Shown in pieces: positions 1-8,662 of a stretch of DNA of 35,119 nt. The first letter of the stretch is position 1; each line of letters starts with the position of its first letter. Origin of the DNA: a virus; IMG/VR virus record IMGVR_UViG_3300020518_000004. One strand, given 5' to 3'. A program made the position numbers and the translations under genes. The notes below the pieces were generated by a model, which worked only from the letters and a program-made list of their open reading frames with translations, was not told where the DNA came from and made no database searches.

Positions 1-99
1 CGAAAACATCGTGGACTTGGCCGACAAGTACGCGGAAGCCTACCAAGGGCACTACGGCATTATCCCTCTCGCCGACTATCCCGAAGGCTTCAAGGTACA
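1..99. repeat. Terminal duplication: bases 1-99 are identical to 35021-35119 (circular closure or terminal redundancy)
   Basis: Direct comparison of both window ends shows the same 99 nt (cgaaaacatcgtggacttgg...ggcttcaaggtaca). The reading frame of the gene starting at 34902 continues in phase at base 2. Confidence 0.95.
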
Positions 100-250
100 G
101 ACCGATGCGGCCAAATACGCCGACAGCCTGCTGACCTTTGTAAAAGGCACCCGCAAAGACCTGCCCAAAGACACCGACCTCCAGAACATCATTGACGAGA
201 TCGTGGGCGAGATTGCCGCCCTGCTCTACAAGTTGGAGCGATTTAAGTAA
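2..250 (+). CDS. 3' part of the ferritin/Dps-like four-helix-bundle protein (DUF5856-like). The gene starts at 34902 and crosses the circular junction; the full protein is 122 aa.
   Basis: Frame continuity: 34902..35020 plus 1..250 gives 369 nt, or 123 codons. The helical pattern HFLHLQTASYAAHKALGHYYENIVDLADKYAEAY is typical of Dps/ferritin-like phage proteins. The stop TAA overlaps the next ATG (TAATG). Confidence 0.6.
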   Translation, partial: ENIVDLADKYAEAYQGHYGIIPLADYPEGFKVQTDAAKYADSLLTFVKGTRKDLPKDTDLQNIIDEIVGEIAALLYKLERFK

Positions 251-1281
251 TGCCACGGAAGGAGCAGGTCGCAGCCGCCCTCCGTTACCTTGGCGACAAG
301 GCCGACCTAAAACGCCGCTACGAACGCATGGTCAGCCTAGACCAGCCGCAGGACGCCGACGCCATAGACACGGCGCTGGAGATGGGCGGGAGCCTTGTGC
401 CGGGGGTTGGGCAAGCCCTTGCCGCCCGTGATTTTGAACGCGCAAGACGGGCCGACGATGAGGCCGGTATGGCAATGGCGGCGGCTTCTGTTGTGCCGGT
501 CGGTAGGCTAATTGGTGCGCTAAAGGGTTACGACCCGACAGTGCAGAAAATTTTTATCGGCAAGTCTGCAAAGACATGGGATGCCGCCTCTGCCAAACGA
601 GCGGAAGAATTAGAAAAGGCTGGGATAGCGCCGGAGGAAATATGGCGCGAAACAGGAACATTCCGAGCGCCAGATGGCCAACTACGCCAAGAAATTAGTG
701 ATAAGGAAATGCAATTTAAAGACGAGAACAAATTTTTTGCATTGCCAGAAGGAAAATACCGGAGATTGCCAAATGTCGTAACCCACAAAAAATTAACGGA
801 ATCATACCCCGAGGCAAAACGGACAATGGTTTTTAAAGGCGAAGATTACGAAGGTGGTTCGGCATCGCCATTGCCTTTTCCAGAATATATCCATGTTGGT
901 AAAGGTTTGTTAAAAGGCGACACCAAAGATACTTTTGTTCATGAATTGCAGCATTTGGTTCAAAACACGGAAAAATTTGCGCCGGGGTCACACGCTCTGC
1001 CTGATTTGCCGGTGCCTTCAAACATTCAAAAACGATATGACCGATTGGAACAGCAGTGGCAAAAATTGCCGCCCGGTGAGGAAAGGTCAGCGTTAGTTGA
1101 TAAGGCTTTTGCTTTAGTTCGCCCTTTTAGTGGGTATGGGCGATATGCAAGGACAATGGGAGAGGCAGAGGCTCGGGCGGCTGCTGCGCGTCGGACGCTC
1201 TCTGAAAAACAGAGACGGCAAAAATTTCCGTTGGAATCATATGACGTTCCAATTCACGAATTGTGGGATCAGAGAAAATAA
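250..1281 (+). CDS. Stand-alone zincin-like metallopeptidase of the type found in phage/conjugative polyvalent proteins (MPTase-PolyVal-like)
   Basis: HExxH motif in FVHELQHLVQNTEKFAPGS. Upstream element WRETGTFRAPDGQLRQEISD. Downstream element YARTMGEAEARAAAARR. This is the conserved layout I recall for the polyvalent-protein metallopeptidase domain. TAATG coupling to the upstream gene. Confidence 0.55.
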   Translation: MPRKEQVAAALRYLGDKADLKRRYERMVSLDQPQDADAIDTALEMGGSLVPGVGQALAARDFERARRADDEAGMAMAAASVVPVGRLIGALKGYDPTVQKIFIGKSAKTWDAASAKRAEELEKAGIAPEEIWRETGTFRAPDGQLRQEISDKEMQFKDENKFFALPEGKYRRLPNVVTHKKLTESYPEAKRTMVFKGEDYEGGSASPLPFPEYIHVGKGLLKGDTKDTFVHELQHLVQNTEKFAPGSHALPDLPVPSNIQKRYDRLEQQWQKLPPGEERSALVDKAFALVRPFSGYGRYARTMGEAEARAAAARRTLSEKQRRQKFPLESYDVPIHELWDQRK

Positions 1282-1391
1282 ATGCCTAGCATTTCCGTTA
1301 AGCAACGACGGTTTAGGGCCGGAACGATTATGCGCAAAATGCTTGAGAAGGGTTAACTGTTTCACCTGTGATCTAAACTAGAGCGAACTAC

Positions 1392-1667
1392 ATGGCAAAG
1401 GGTAAAAAAACAGGCGGTAGGCAGGCAGGCACCCCTAATCGGGCCACACAGGCTGCTAGGGAGGCGATAGCCGCTTTTGTAGACGGCAACGCAGACCGTC
1501 TCCAAGGGTGGCTAGATCAGATCGCAGAGGAGAAGGGGCCACAGGCCGCCTTTGATGCTTTCAGCACATTGCTGGAGTACCACGTTCCCAAACTCGCCCG
1601 CCAAGAGATCACAGGACAAGACAACGGCCCGGTCAAGGTACAGATCGGATGGATGGCTCCCGAATAA
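1392..1667 (+). CDS. Putative terminase small subunit
   Basis: 91 aa, lying immediately upstream of and overlapping TerL. Basic N-terminus MAKGKKTGGRQAGTPNRAT, typical of small phage DNA-recognition/TerS proteins. Confidence 0.5.
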   Translation: MAKGKKTGGRQAGTPNRATQAAREAIAAFVDGNADRLQGWLDQIAEEKGPQAAFDAFSTLLEYHVPKLARQEITGQDNGPVKVQIGWMAPE

Positions 1668-2989
1668 TCCTGCCCTATCGCCCACGCAAAGCGTTCCTGC
1701 CCTTTCACAACAGGACGCACCGCTGGGCGTGCCTTGTCGCACATAGACGCGCAGGCAAGACGGTCGCCGCTGTCAACGACATGATCCGTGCCGCTATCAC
1801 TTACCAAGGCCCATATGGTTTATTTGGATACGTTGCGCCATATCGGTCGCAGGCCAAAGCCGTGGCATGGCAATACTTCAAAGAGTTTGCCCAACCCATC
1901 ATCAGCAGCGTCAATGAGCAAGAACTGACGATAACGCTCATTAACAACAGCCAAATACGCCTTTACGGAGCCGAAACCGCAGACGCAATGCGCGGGCTGG
2001 GGTTCTCGGGGGTCTACATGGACGAATTCGGTGACTTTAAGCCCAGCGCATTTGGCAACGTCATACGCCCTGCCCTATCAGACAAGCAAGGTTGGGCTGT
2101 GTTTGGCGGTACACCGAAAGGCAAAAACCAATTCTGGGAAATCTACGAAACCGCACAGCGCATCCCAAATGAATGGTTCCTGTTGCGCCTCCCCGCCTCC
2201 ACCAGTGGGCTATTGCCGCAGAGCGAACTAGCGGCAGCCAAGGCGCAGTTGGCCGAGGATCAGTACCTACAGGAGTACGAATGCTCATTTGAAGCAGCCA
2301 TCCTCGGCGCTTTTTACGGCACAGAAATGCGTCAAGCGCAGGATCAAGGCCGTATTACACGCGTGCCGTATGACCCGAACTTGCCGACTTACACGGCGTT
2401 TGACTTAGGCTACCGCGACGACACGGCGGTATGGTTTTACCAGCCCTCACGCGGAGAAATACGCGTCATTGACTACTTTGCCATTTCGGGCGCTGACATC
2501 CACGACATTGCCGAACACGTAGAAAGCAAGCCTTACAAGTACGTCAAACACTTCCTGCCGCACGACGCACGGGCCAAGAGCCTACAGACAGGCCGCAGCA
2601 TCATTGAGCAATTAGCCGCGTATCTCGGCACCGCCAACCTTGCTGTTGTTCCCGACATCGGCGTGCAAAACGGCATTCAAGCCGTGCGCATGACGTTGCC
2701 GCGAGTGTGGTTTGACGGCGAGAAATGCCGCGATGGCATAGAGGCATTACGGCAGTATCAACGCGAGTACGACGAGGACAAGAAGGCGTTTCGGCAGTCC
2801 CCGCGTCACGATTGGACTAGCCACCCTAGTGACGCATTCCGTATGCTTGCGGTATCATGGCAGGAGATTTCTGACAAGCCCCCATCGGTAGAGGTAAAAC
2901 CGCTGCTGGTTGGGCCTGAAAACAAGGTCACGCTAAACGATATGTGGGCCGTTCACGACCGCACGGTTAGCAGGAGAGCAAGGATATGA
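1649..2989 (+). CDS. terL: Terminase large subunit
   Basis: Walker A HRRAGKT and Walker B VYMDEFG. C-terminal RNaseH-like nuclease motifs FDLGYRDDTAVWF and FLPHDA. 446 aa, followed by the portal module. Confidence 0.9.
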   Translation: MDGSRIILPYRPRKAFLPFHNRTHRWACLVAHRRAGKTVAAVNDMIRAAITYQGPYGLFGYVAPYRSQAKAVAWQYFKEFAQPIISSVNEQELTITLINNSQIRLYGAETADAMRGLGFSGVYMDEFGDFKPSAFGNVIRPALSDKQGWAVFGGTPKGKNQFWEIYETAQRIPNEWFLLRLPASTSGLLPQSELAAAKAQLAEDQYLQEYECSFEAAILGAFYGTEMRQAQDQGRITRVPYDPNLPTYTAFDLGYRDDTAVWFYQPSRGEIRVIDYFAISGADIHDIAEHVESKPYKYVKHFLPHDARAKSLQTGRSIIEQLAAYLGTANLAVVPDIGVQNGIQAVRMTLPRVWFDGEKCRDGIEALRQYQREYDEDKKAFRQSPRHDWTSHPSDAFRMLAVSWQEISDKPPSVEVKPLLVGPENKVTLNDMWAVHDRTVSRRARI

Positions 2990-3279
2990 GCGTTCAACAG
3001 CCAACTCGGATGAACTACGTTGCCGTTGGCGCAACGTCCACAACGGCCTTTGGCAGCCCCGGCGCGTACCTGCACCGCGTGGTGGTCAACGTCGCCAGCA
3101 ACACGGAAGCCTCGGCCATCGTGAAGGACGGCAGCACCACGTTGGTGTCGTTCCCCGCGACGACGGCAGCCGGTGTGTACTCGGTGGAACTTAACGTCGC
3201 CACGACGGGCCAGATTACGGCAACGTGCAGCCAAAACGCCTCCATGTCGGTCGTCGGCCTCTTTAGCACGTACGCCTAA
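2986..3279 (+). CDS. Hypothetical small protein (Ala/Thr/Ser/Val-rich)
   Basis: 97-aa ORF. ATGA overlap with the terL stop and TAATG overlap with the next ORF. Confidence 0.5.
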   Translation: MSVQQPTRMNYVAVGATSTTAFGSPGAYLHRVVVNVASNTEASAIVKDGSTTLVSFPATTAAGVYSVELNVATTGQITATCSQNASMSVVGLFSTYA

Positions 3280-3437
3280 TGAAAGCCGGCCTCTACGCCA
3301 ACATTCTTGCCAAGCAGGAGCGGCAGGCAAGACAGCGCCGTGAGGGTCGCCCCGTAGAGCGTACCCGCAAACCCGGCGAGAAAGGCGCACCGACTGCCGA
3401 AGCGTTTAAGCAATCAGCGAAAACGGCCAAGAAATGA
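3279..3437 (+). CDS. Small basic protein (52 aa, not in the supplied ORF track)
   Basis: Hand translation: MKAGLYANILAKQERQARQRREGRPVERTRKPGEKGAPTAEAFKQSAKTAKK. TAATG overlap upstream and ATGA overlap downstream. The RKPGEKGAPTA motif recurs in small phage proteins. Confidence 0.5.
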   Translation: MKAGLYANILAKQERQARQRREGRPVERTRKPGEKGAPTAEAFKQSAKTAKK

Positions 3438-3727
3438 CGGCAGCGTGGCAACGATCCGAAGGCAAAAACCCGAAAGGCGGTTTGAACGCCAAGGGTCGCG
3501 CCTCGTACAAAGCCGAGACGGGCGGGACGCTGAAGCCTCCCGTCAAATCGGGCGACAACCCACGCCGCGCATCGTTCCTCGCCCGCATGGGCAATATGCC
3601 GGGGCCGATGGAAAAGAATGGTGAACCGACGCGCCTTGCACTTGCTCTGAGAGCATGGGGCGCTGGTAGTAAGGCAGAGGCCAAATCAAAGGCCAAAGCC
3701 ATTAGCAAACGAAACGAGGGCAAGTAA
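3434..3727 (+). CDS. Small basic protein, DUF6321-like
   Basis: 97 aa. Motifs GKNPKGGLNAKGRASY, NPRRASFLARM and ALRAW match my memory of the DUF6321 family found near phage portal genes. Translationally coupled on both sides. Confidence 0.5.
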   Translation: MTAAWQRSEGKNPKGGLNAKGRASYKAETGGTLKPPVKSGDNPRRASFLARMGNMPGPMEKNGEPTRLALALRAWGAGSKAEAKSKAKAISKRNEGK

Positions 3728-5742
3728 TGGACGGACTGTTACAGCCAAAACTTGACCGCTATCTGCGCATCATCGGGCAGTACGACAACGAGTTTGCCAA
3801 GTGGATGGCGCGTACGAAGAAGATCATCAAGCGTTACCGCGACGATACGCGTGGGCAGACGCTGACCGAATCGGCCAAGTTTAATATCCTTTGGTCAAAC
3901 GTGCAGACCTTAAAGCCTGCCGTCTACGCCAAACTGCCGAAAGCCGACATTAGCCGCCGCTTTGGTGACAACGACCCCGTGGGCCGCGTGGCCGCACAGT
4001 TGGTTGAGCGTGCCATTGACTTTGAAATTGAGCATTACCCCGATTACCGCTCCACGATGGCGTATGCCGTAGAGGATCGGTTCCTCGGTGGACGCGGCAC
4101 CGCATGGGTGCGTTATGAACCGCACACTGCGCCGATTGGGTTAGAGGACGACGGCGTATCTATCACGCCTGACATTGAGCAGGGTGAAGGCGCACCGCCC
4201 AACCTTGAGCGTATTGAGTACGAATGCGCACCCGTGGATTACGTCCATTGGCGCGACTTTGGGCACTCTCCCGCCCGCACATGGGAAGAAGTCGGGCAGG
4301 TGTGGCGCTGGGTGTTTATGACCCGTGAGGCGCTGGTAGAGCGTTTTGGTGAGGACGTCGCACGCCGCATACCGCTAGACAGTGGCCCCGAGCCGCTCAA
4401 CGCCTACAACGAGAACAAGCGTCTCTACAACCGCGCAAAGATTTGTGAACTGTGGGACAAGGAGACTGAGAAGGTTTACTGGTTCAGCAAGGGAATGCCC
4501 GAGATCATTGACGAGCGTGATGACCCGCTCGGCCTTGAGGGCTTCTTCCCTTGCCCAAAACCGCTGTATGCGACGACGACCAGCGACACGCTCGTACCTG
4601 TCCCCGACTTTGTGCTGTACCAAGATCAGGCGATGGAGTTGGACATCCTGTCCGACCGCATTGATGGTTTGGTCAAAGCACTGCGCGTGCGTGGCGTCTA
4701 CGACTCCAGCCAACCCGCGCTGCAACGACTGATGACGGAGGGCGATAACAATGCTCTTATCCCGGTTGATAAATGGATGGCATTTAGTGAAAAGGGCGGT
4801 CTTAAAGGTAGTATTGACCTCCTCCCCCTTGACACACTCGCAAATGCGCTACTCCAGTGCTACCGCGCTAGAGAAGACATCAAGAGCCAAATCTACGAAA
4901 TCACGGGCATCTCGGACATCATCCGAGGTACGTCGTTCGCCAGCGAAACGGCCACCGCGCAGCAAATCAAAGGGCAATACGCAGGGCTAAGACTGCGTTC
5001 TATGCAAGAGGACGTTGCCCTCTTTGCCTCGGAACTGATACGCCTCAAGTCACAGGTCATGTGCATGAAGTATCAGCCCGAGACGATCCTTGCGTACGCT
5101 GCCGCACAGCAGATGACGCCCGCTGACCAGCAACTGATTCCGCAGGCGTTGGAACTGCTGCGTAACAAGCCGCTGCGTAACTTCCGCGTGGACATTGCCG
5201 CCGACAGCCTTGTGATGCTGGACGAAAACCAGAACAAGCAAGACCGTATGCAGTTCCTGCAAGCATTCGGTGGTTTCCTTGCCCAAGCGTTGCCGGTCGG
5301 TCAGGCCAGCCCGCAGATGGTGCCGATGATGATGGAACTGCTGCGCTTTGGTATGCAGGCGTTTAAGGCAGCCCGTCCGATTGAGGGCCAGATTGACGCG
5401 ACGCTCCAGCAACTTGCGCAGGCCGCCCAACAGCGGCCTCCAGAGGAGCAGGGCAAGCAAGCGGAGTTGCAAGCCAAGGGCCAATTGGAATCGTCCAAGA
5501 TGCAAATGCAGTCGGCGCTAAAGCAAGCCGAAATGCAGCACGCCATGCAAATGGAGCAGATGAAGAACCAAGCCAAGATGGCGATGGAACAGCAAAAGAT
5601 GAACTTTGAAGCGCAACTGAAGGCTGCCGAACTACAGAGCCAACAGGCTGCTGCCAAGTACAAGGCCGACGTTGACGCCCAGACCAAACTGATTATCGCC
5701 CAGATGGGCAAGACGATGCCTGAGCCGCCTTTTACGCAATGA
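3727..5742 (+). CDS. Portal protein with a C-terminal Gln/Met-rich coiled-coil (barrel-like) extension
   Basis: 671 aa, downstream of terL. N-terminal pattern KFNILWSNVQTLKPAVYAKLPKADISRRFGDNDPVGRVAAQLVERA is typical of podovirus portals. The C-terminal ~100 aa is heptad-like and Q/M/A/K-rich, as in the P22 portal barrel. Confidence 0.8.
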   Translation: MDGLLQPKLDRYLRIIGQYDNEFAKWMARTKKIIKRYRDDTRGQTLTESAKFNILWSNVQTLKPAVYAKLPKADISRRFGDNDPVGRVAAQLVERAIDFEIEHYPDYRSTMAYAVEDRFLGGRGTAWVRYEPHTAPIGLEDDGVSITPDIEQGEGAPPNLERIEYECAPVDYVHWRDFGHSPARTWEEVGQVWRWVFMTREALVERFGEDVARRIPLDSGPEPLNAYNENKRLYNRAKICELWDKETEKVYWFSKGMPEIIDERDDPLGLEGFFPCPKPLYATTTSDTLVPVPDFVLYQDQAMELDILSDRIDGLVKALRVRGVYDSSQPALQRLMTEGDNNALIPVDKWMAFSEKGGLKGSIDLLPLDTLANALLQCYRAREDIKSQIYEITGISDIIRGTSFASETATAQQIKGQYAGLRLRSMQEDVALFASELIRLKSQVMCMKYQPETILAYAAAQQMTPADQQLIPQALELLRNKPLRNFRVDIAADSLVMLDENQNKQDRMQFLQAFGGFLAQALPVGQASPQMVPMMMELLRFGMQAFKAARPIEGQIDATLQQLAQAAQQRPPEEQGKQAELQAKGQLESSKMQMQSALKQAEMQHAMQMEQMKNQAKMAMEQQKMNFEAQLKAAELQSQQAAAKYKADVDAQTKLIIAQMGKTMPEPPFTQ

Positions 5743-6086
5743 AACGGACGTACGTTTACATAGACGGCGAGTTTGTGGAGCGCAAAAAGGACGAGAAGGG
5801 GCGCTACCACTACGTCATGCCTGACATCACGCCCTACCGGAGCATGATTGACGGCAAGATGGTGACATCACGCTCGGAGCATCGCCGTCATTTAAAGGCT
5901 AACAATTGCGAGGAGGTAGGTAACGACGACCCTGCCAAGCACATTCGGCGTGAACCCGAGAATAACACTCGGCTGGAACGCATTAAGCACATGGTCAACA
6001 CACGTATGACCAACGAACAGGCTGATCGCATACTGCGCGAAATACGCCAACAAGCCAATTTCACCAATCCCCACAGGAGAGGGTAA
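5739..6086 (+). CDS. Hypothetical protein (conserved small head-module protein)
   Basis: 115 aa, ATGA/TAATG coupled between portal and scaffold. Confidence 0.55.
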   Translation: MKRTYVYIDGEFVERKKDEKGRYHYVMPDITPYRSMIDGKMVTSRSEHRRHLKANNCEEVGNDDPAKHIRREPENNTRLERIKHMVNTRMTNEQADRILREIRQQANFTNPHRRG

Positions 6087-7117
6087 TGGACAACACTAAT
6101 CCAGCAATGGTTGCGGCACGGGAAGATCAAGAGATTGACCGTCGTGAGTTGTTAGAAGCAGGGTTTGAGGCCGCCGAGAAGGGCGAACCCGTAGAAACCG
6201 TCGTACGCGATGCGGCAGGGCGGTTCAGCAAGCAAGAAGCGGCACCACAACAACCGGAACCCGAAAATACGGAAGAAAAGTCGTCGTTTAACACACTGTA
6301 CGACAACGATCCGGTGTGGAAACGCCCGCCCGCCTCATGGCGTCGTGAATATCACGAAATTTGGCAGAAAGCCGACCCAAAATTGCAGGAATACGCGTGG
6401 AAGCGTGAAGAAGAAATGCGCAAGGGTGTGGAAAACATTTTTGGCAAGGCTGAATTTGCGGATTCCATGCAAGCGGCCATTGAGCCGTATATGCAAACCA
6501 TCCAAGGGTTAGGCATTACGCCCGACAAGGCCGTGTCTGCGTTGATGCAGGCCGACCATATGCTGCGGAATAGCGACCCGCAGACGAAAATGCAGTATTT
6601 CACGCAGTTGGCGCAGTCGTATGGCATCAATTTGGGTTCCATGACGCAGCAGCCGGGTCAGCAAGCGCAACGCGCTGTTGATCCGCTCGTTTACCAACTG
6701 CAAAATGAACTCAACAAGGTACGTGGTGAGGTCATGGGCTGGAAACAGCAGCAGGAAATGGCCGAAAACCAGAACTTGTTGACCGAAATTAACAGTTTTA
6801 GTCAAAAGGTTGAGTATTTTGAGGAAGCACGCCCGGTGATGATCCAACTCCTACAGGGTGGACTCGCCGAGACGTTGCAAGACGCGTATGAAAAAGCCAT
6901 ACGCCTCACCCCCAATTTGTTTGACCAAGTGACCAAGGCCCGACAGGCCGAGGAAGCGGCTAAACAGGCCAAAGAGGCCAACCGGGCGGCGAAAGTTGCC
7001 CGTGCAGCAGCGGTGAGTGTCAGAAGCGCCACACCCGGCGTAAACACGGCTCCCAAGGCAGCAAACCGTCGCGCACTTCTTGAAGAAGCATTGACCGAAC
7101 AAGAAGCGCGTTTGTAA
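6086..7117 (+). CDS. Putative scaffolding protein
   Basis: 343 aa, acidic and helical/coiled-coil. Lies between portal and major capsid. AGGAGAGGG ribosome-binding site. Confidence 0.6.
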   Translation: MDNTNPAMVAAREDQEIDRRELLEAGFEAAEKGEPVETVVRDAAGRFSKQEAAPQQPEPENTEEKSSFNTLYDNDPVWKRPPASWRREYHEIWQKADPKLQEYAWKREEEMRKGVENIFGKAEFADSMQAAIEPYMQTIQGLGITPDKAVSALMQADHMLRNSDPQTKMQYFTQLAQSYGINLGSMTQQPGQQAQRAVDPLVYQLQNELNKVRGEVMGWKQQQEMAENQNLLTEINSFSQKVEYFEEARPVMIQLLQGGLAETLQDAYEKAIRLTPNLFDQVTKARQAEEAAKQAKEANRAAKVARAAAVSVRSATPGVNTAPKAANRRALLEEALTEQEARL

Positions 7118-7140
7118 TTAACTGAACTAGGAGACATCAA

Positions 7141-8166
7141 ATGGCATTTGCCAACTCTAGTATCAGCGACATCATTGCTACCACGATTCAGAGCCGTAGC
7201 GGTGAACTTGCTGATAACGTGACGAACAACAACGCGTTGCTTCGTCGTCTGAAGGAGCGTGGGAACGTCAAGACGTTCTCGGGCGGTAACGTGATTTTGC
7301 AAGAAATCATGTACACCGATCCGACCACGAACAACACCAACTCGTACAGCGGCTATGAAGTGCTGAACGTGGGCCAGAACTCGCCGATTTCTGCGGCGCA
7401 GTTCAGCATCACGCAGTACGCCTCGGCTGTGACCATTTCGGGTCTGGAGATGATCCAGAACTCGGGCAAGGAGGCCATCATTGACCTTCTTGACGGTCGC
7501 ATGGAAGTCGCGGAAGCCCAACTTGCTAACCGCATCTCGGGCGACCTGTACGGCGACGGCACCGGAAACGCCGGCAAGAACCTCACGGGCCTTGCTGCGG
7601 CTGTGCCGGATGACCCGACTGTTGGCACCTACGGCGGCATCAACCGCGCTGTGTGGTCGTTCTGGCAGAGCAAGAAGTTCTCGGCTGCCGCTGATGGCGG
7701 TGGTGCGGGCGCTGTGTCCAGCACGACGATTCAAGGCTACATGGATGCGCTTGCCGTGCAACTCGTTCGTGGAACCGACAAGCCTGACCTCATCGTGGCC
7801 GACAACAACTACTACCGCTTCTACCTGCAATCGCTGCAAGCGATCCAGCGTATTACGGAGAGTGGTTCGGGCCTCGCCGGAGCGGGCTTTGCCTCGTTGA
7901 AGTATTATGGCGCTGGTATGGCCTCCGACGTTGTGTTGGACGGTGGTATCGGATCGTCCACGTACAACAGCGGTTCGGGCAACGCAAACCATATGTGGTT
8001 CCTCAACACCAAGTACCTGATGTTCCGCCCGCACAAAGATCGCAACTTTGTGCCGATTGGCGGTGAGCGTCAGGCCGTCAACCAAGACGCCATTGTGAAA
8101 CTGATTGGCTGGGCCGGTAACCTCACCTGCTCGGGCAGCCAGTTCCAAGGCGTGTTGATTGCTTAA
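7141..8166 (+). CDS. Major capsid protein
   Basis: 341 aa with a strong AGGAGA ribosome-binding site. Position after the scaffold. N-terminal pattern SDIIATTIQSRSGELADNVTNNNALLRRLKERG is typical of podovirus coat proteins. Confidence 0.75.
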   Translation: MAFANSSISDIIATTIQSRSGELADNVTNNNALLRRLKERGNVKTFSGGNVILQEIMYTDPTTNNTNSYSGYEVLNVGQNSPISAAQFSITQYASAVTISGLEMIQNSGKEAIIDLLDGRMEVAEAQLANRISGDLYGDGTGNAGKNLTGLAAAVPDDPTVGTYGGINRAVWSFWQSKKFSAAADGGGAGAVSSTTIQGYMDALAVQLVRGTDKPDLIVADNNYYRFYLQSLQAIQRITESGSGLAGAGFASLKYYGAGMASDVVLDGGIGSSTYNSGSGNANHMWFLNTKYLMFRPHKDRNFVPIGGERQAVNQDAIVKLIGWAGNLTCSGSQFQGVLIA

Positions 8167-8179
8167 GGAGTAAACGAAA

Positions 8180-8662
8180 ATGACTGTTTCAACTAGTAAT
8201 GTCATTGGCGTTGCCCTTGGCTATGCCGACACCACGCAGCAGTTCAACCTCGGCACCTGCGTCAACCTTGACGACGGTGGACAGGCGATTTACGTGCAGG
8301 CGGCCTCTACCGTCTCGCAGTACGCCGCCGTGTCTGTCCGTGCCGACAACAAGGCTGTGCCGGTGACGACGACCAACGCTGCCGACTCCAAGCGGTTTGC
8401 GGTCGCGCAAGTCTCTATTGCCTCTGGCTCCTTTGGCTGGGTGCAATCGGGTGGCGTGATGCGCGTCAACCTTGCGGCGTCCTGCAACCCGGCTGTCCCG
8501 CTCTTTACGACGGCGACGGCTGGCGTTCTGGATGACGCCACGGTGTCGGGTGGCGGTGTCGGCCTTGTGGCCGGTATCGTTGCCACGGCAACCGCGTCGG
8601 GTGCCACGGCGATTACCTGCGTTGCGGGCTTCCCGCACGTTGTTGGGTACTCGGGCGCCTAA
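8180..8662 (+). CDS. Putative head decoration protein (DUF2190-like)
   Basis: 160 aa, Ala/Val/Gly/Thr-rich, directly after the capsid gene. The pattern FAVAQVSIASGSFGWVQSGGVMRVNLAA resembles DUF2190 decoration-like proteins. Confidence 0.45.
   Translation: MTVSTSNVIGVALGYADTTQQFNLGTCVNLDDGGQAIYVQAASTVSQYAAVSVRADNKAVPVTTTNAADSKRFAVAQVSIASGSFGWVQSGGVMRVNLAASCNPAVPLFTTATAGVLDDATVSGGGVGLVAGIVATATASGATAITCVAGFPHVVGYSGA

Noticed and set aside
1280-1294. Hairpin AAATGC-cta-GCATTT right after the zincin stop codon, as a possible terminator
   Set aside because: The stem is only 6 bp and AT-rich, with a 3-nt loop and only three following T residues. That is too weak, and the terminase genes downstream must be transcribed.
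5301-5810. 169-aa minus-strand ORF over the portal C-terminus
   Set aside because: It is antisense to the Gln/Met/Ala-rich coiled-coil codons. The product is a Cys/Ser/Ala-rich nonsense-like sequence.
6802-8205. 467-aa ORF on the minus strand
   Set aside because: It lies antisense across the scaffold 3' end and the entire major capsid gene. It is Arg/Val/Ala-rich with no motif and no ribosome-binding site. Long antisense ORFs are expected opposite GC-rich, strongly codon-biased genes, and the sense genes are well supported.
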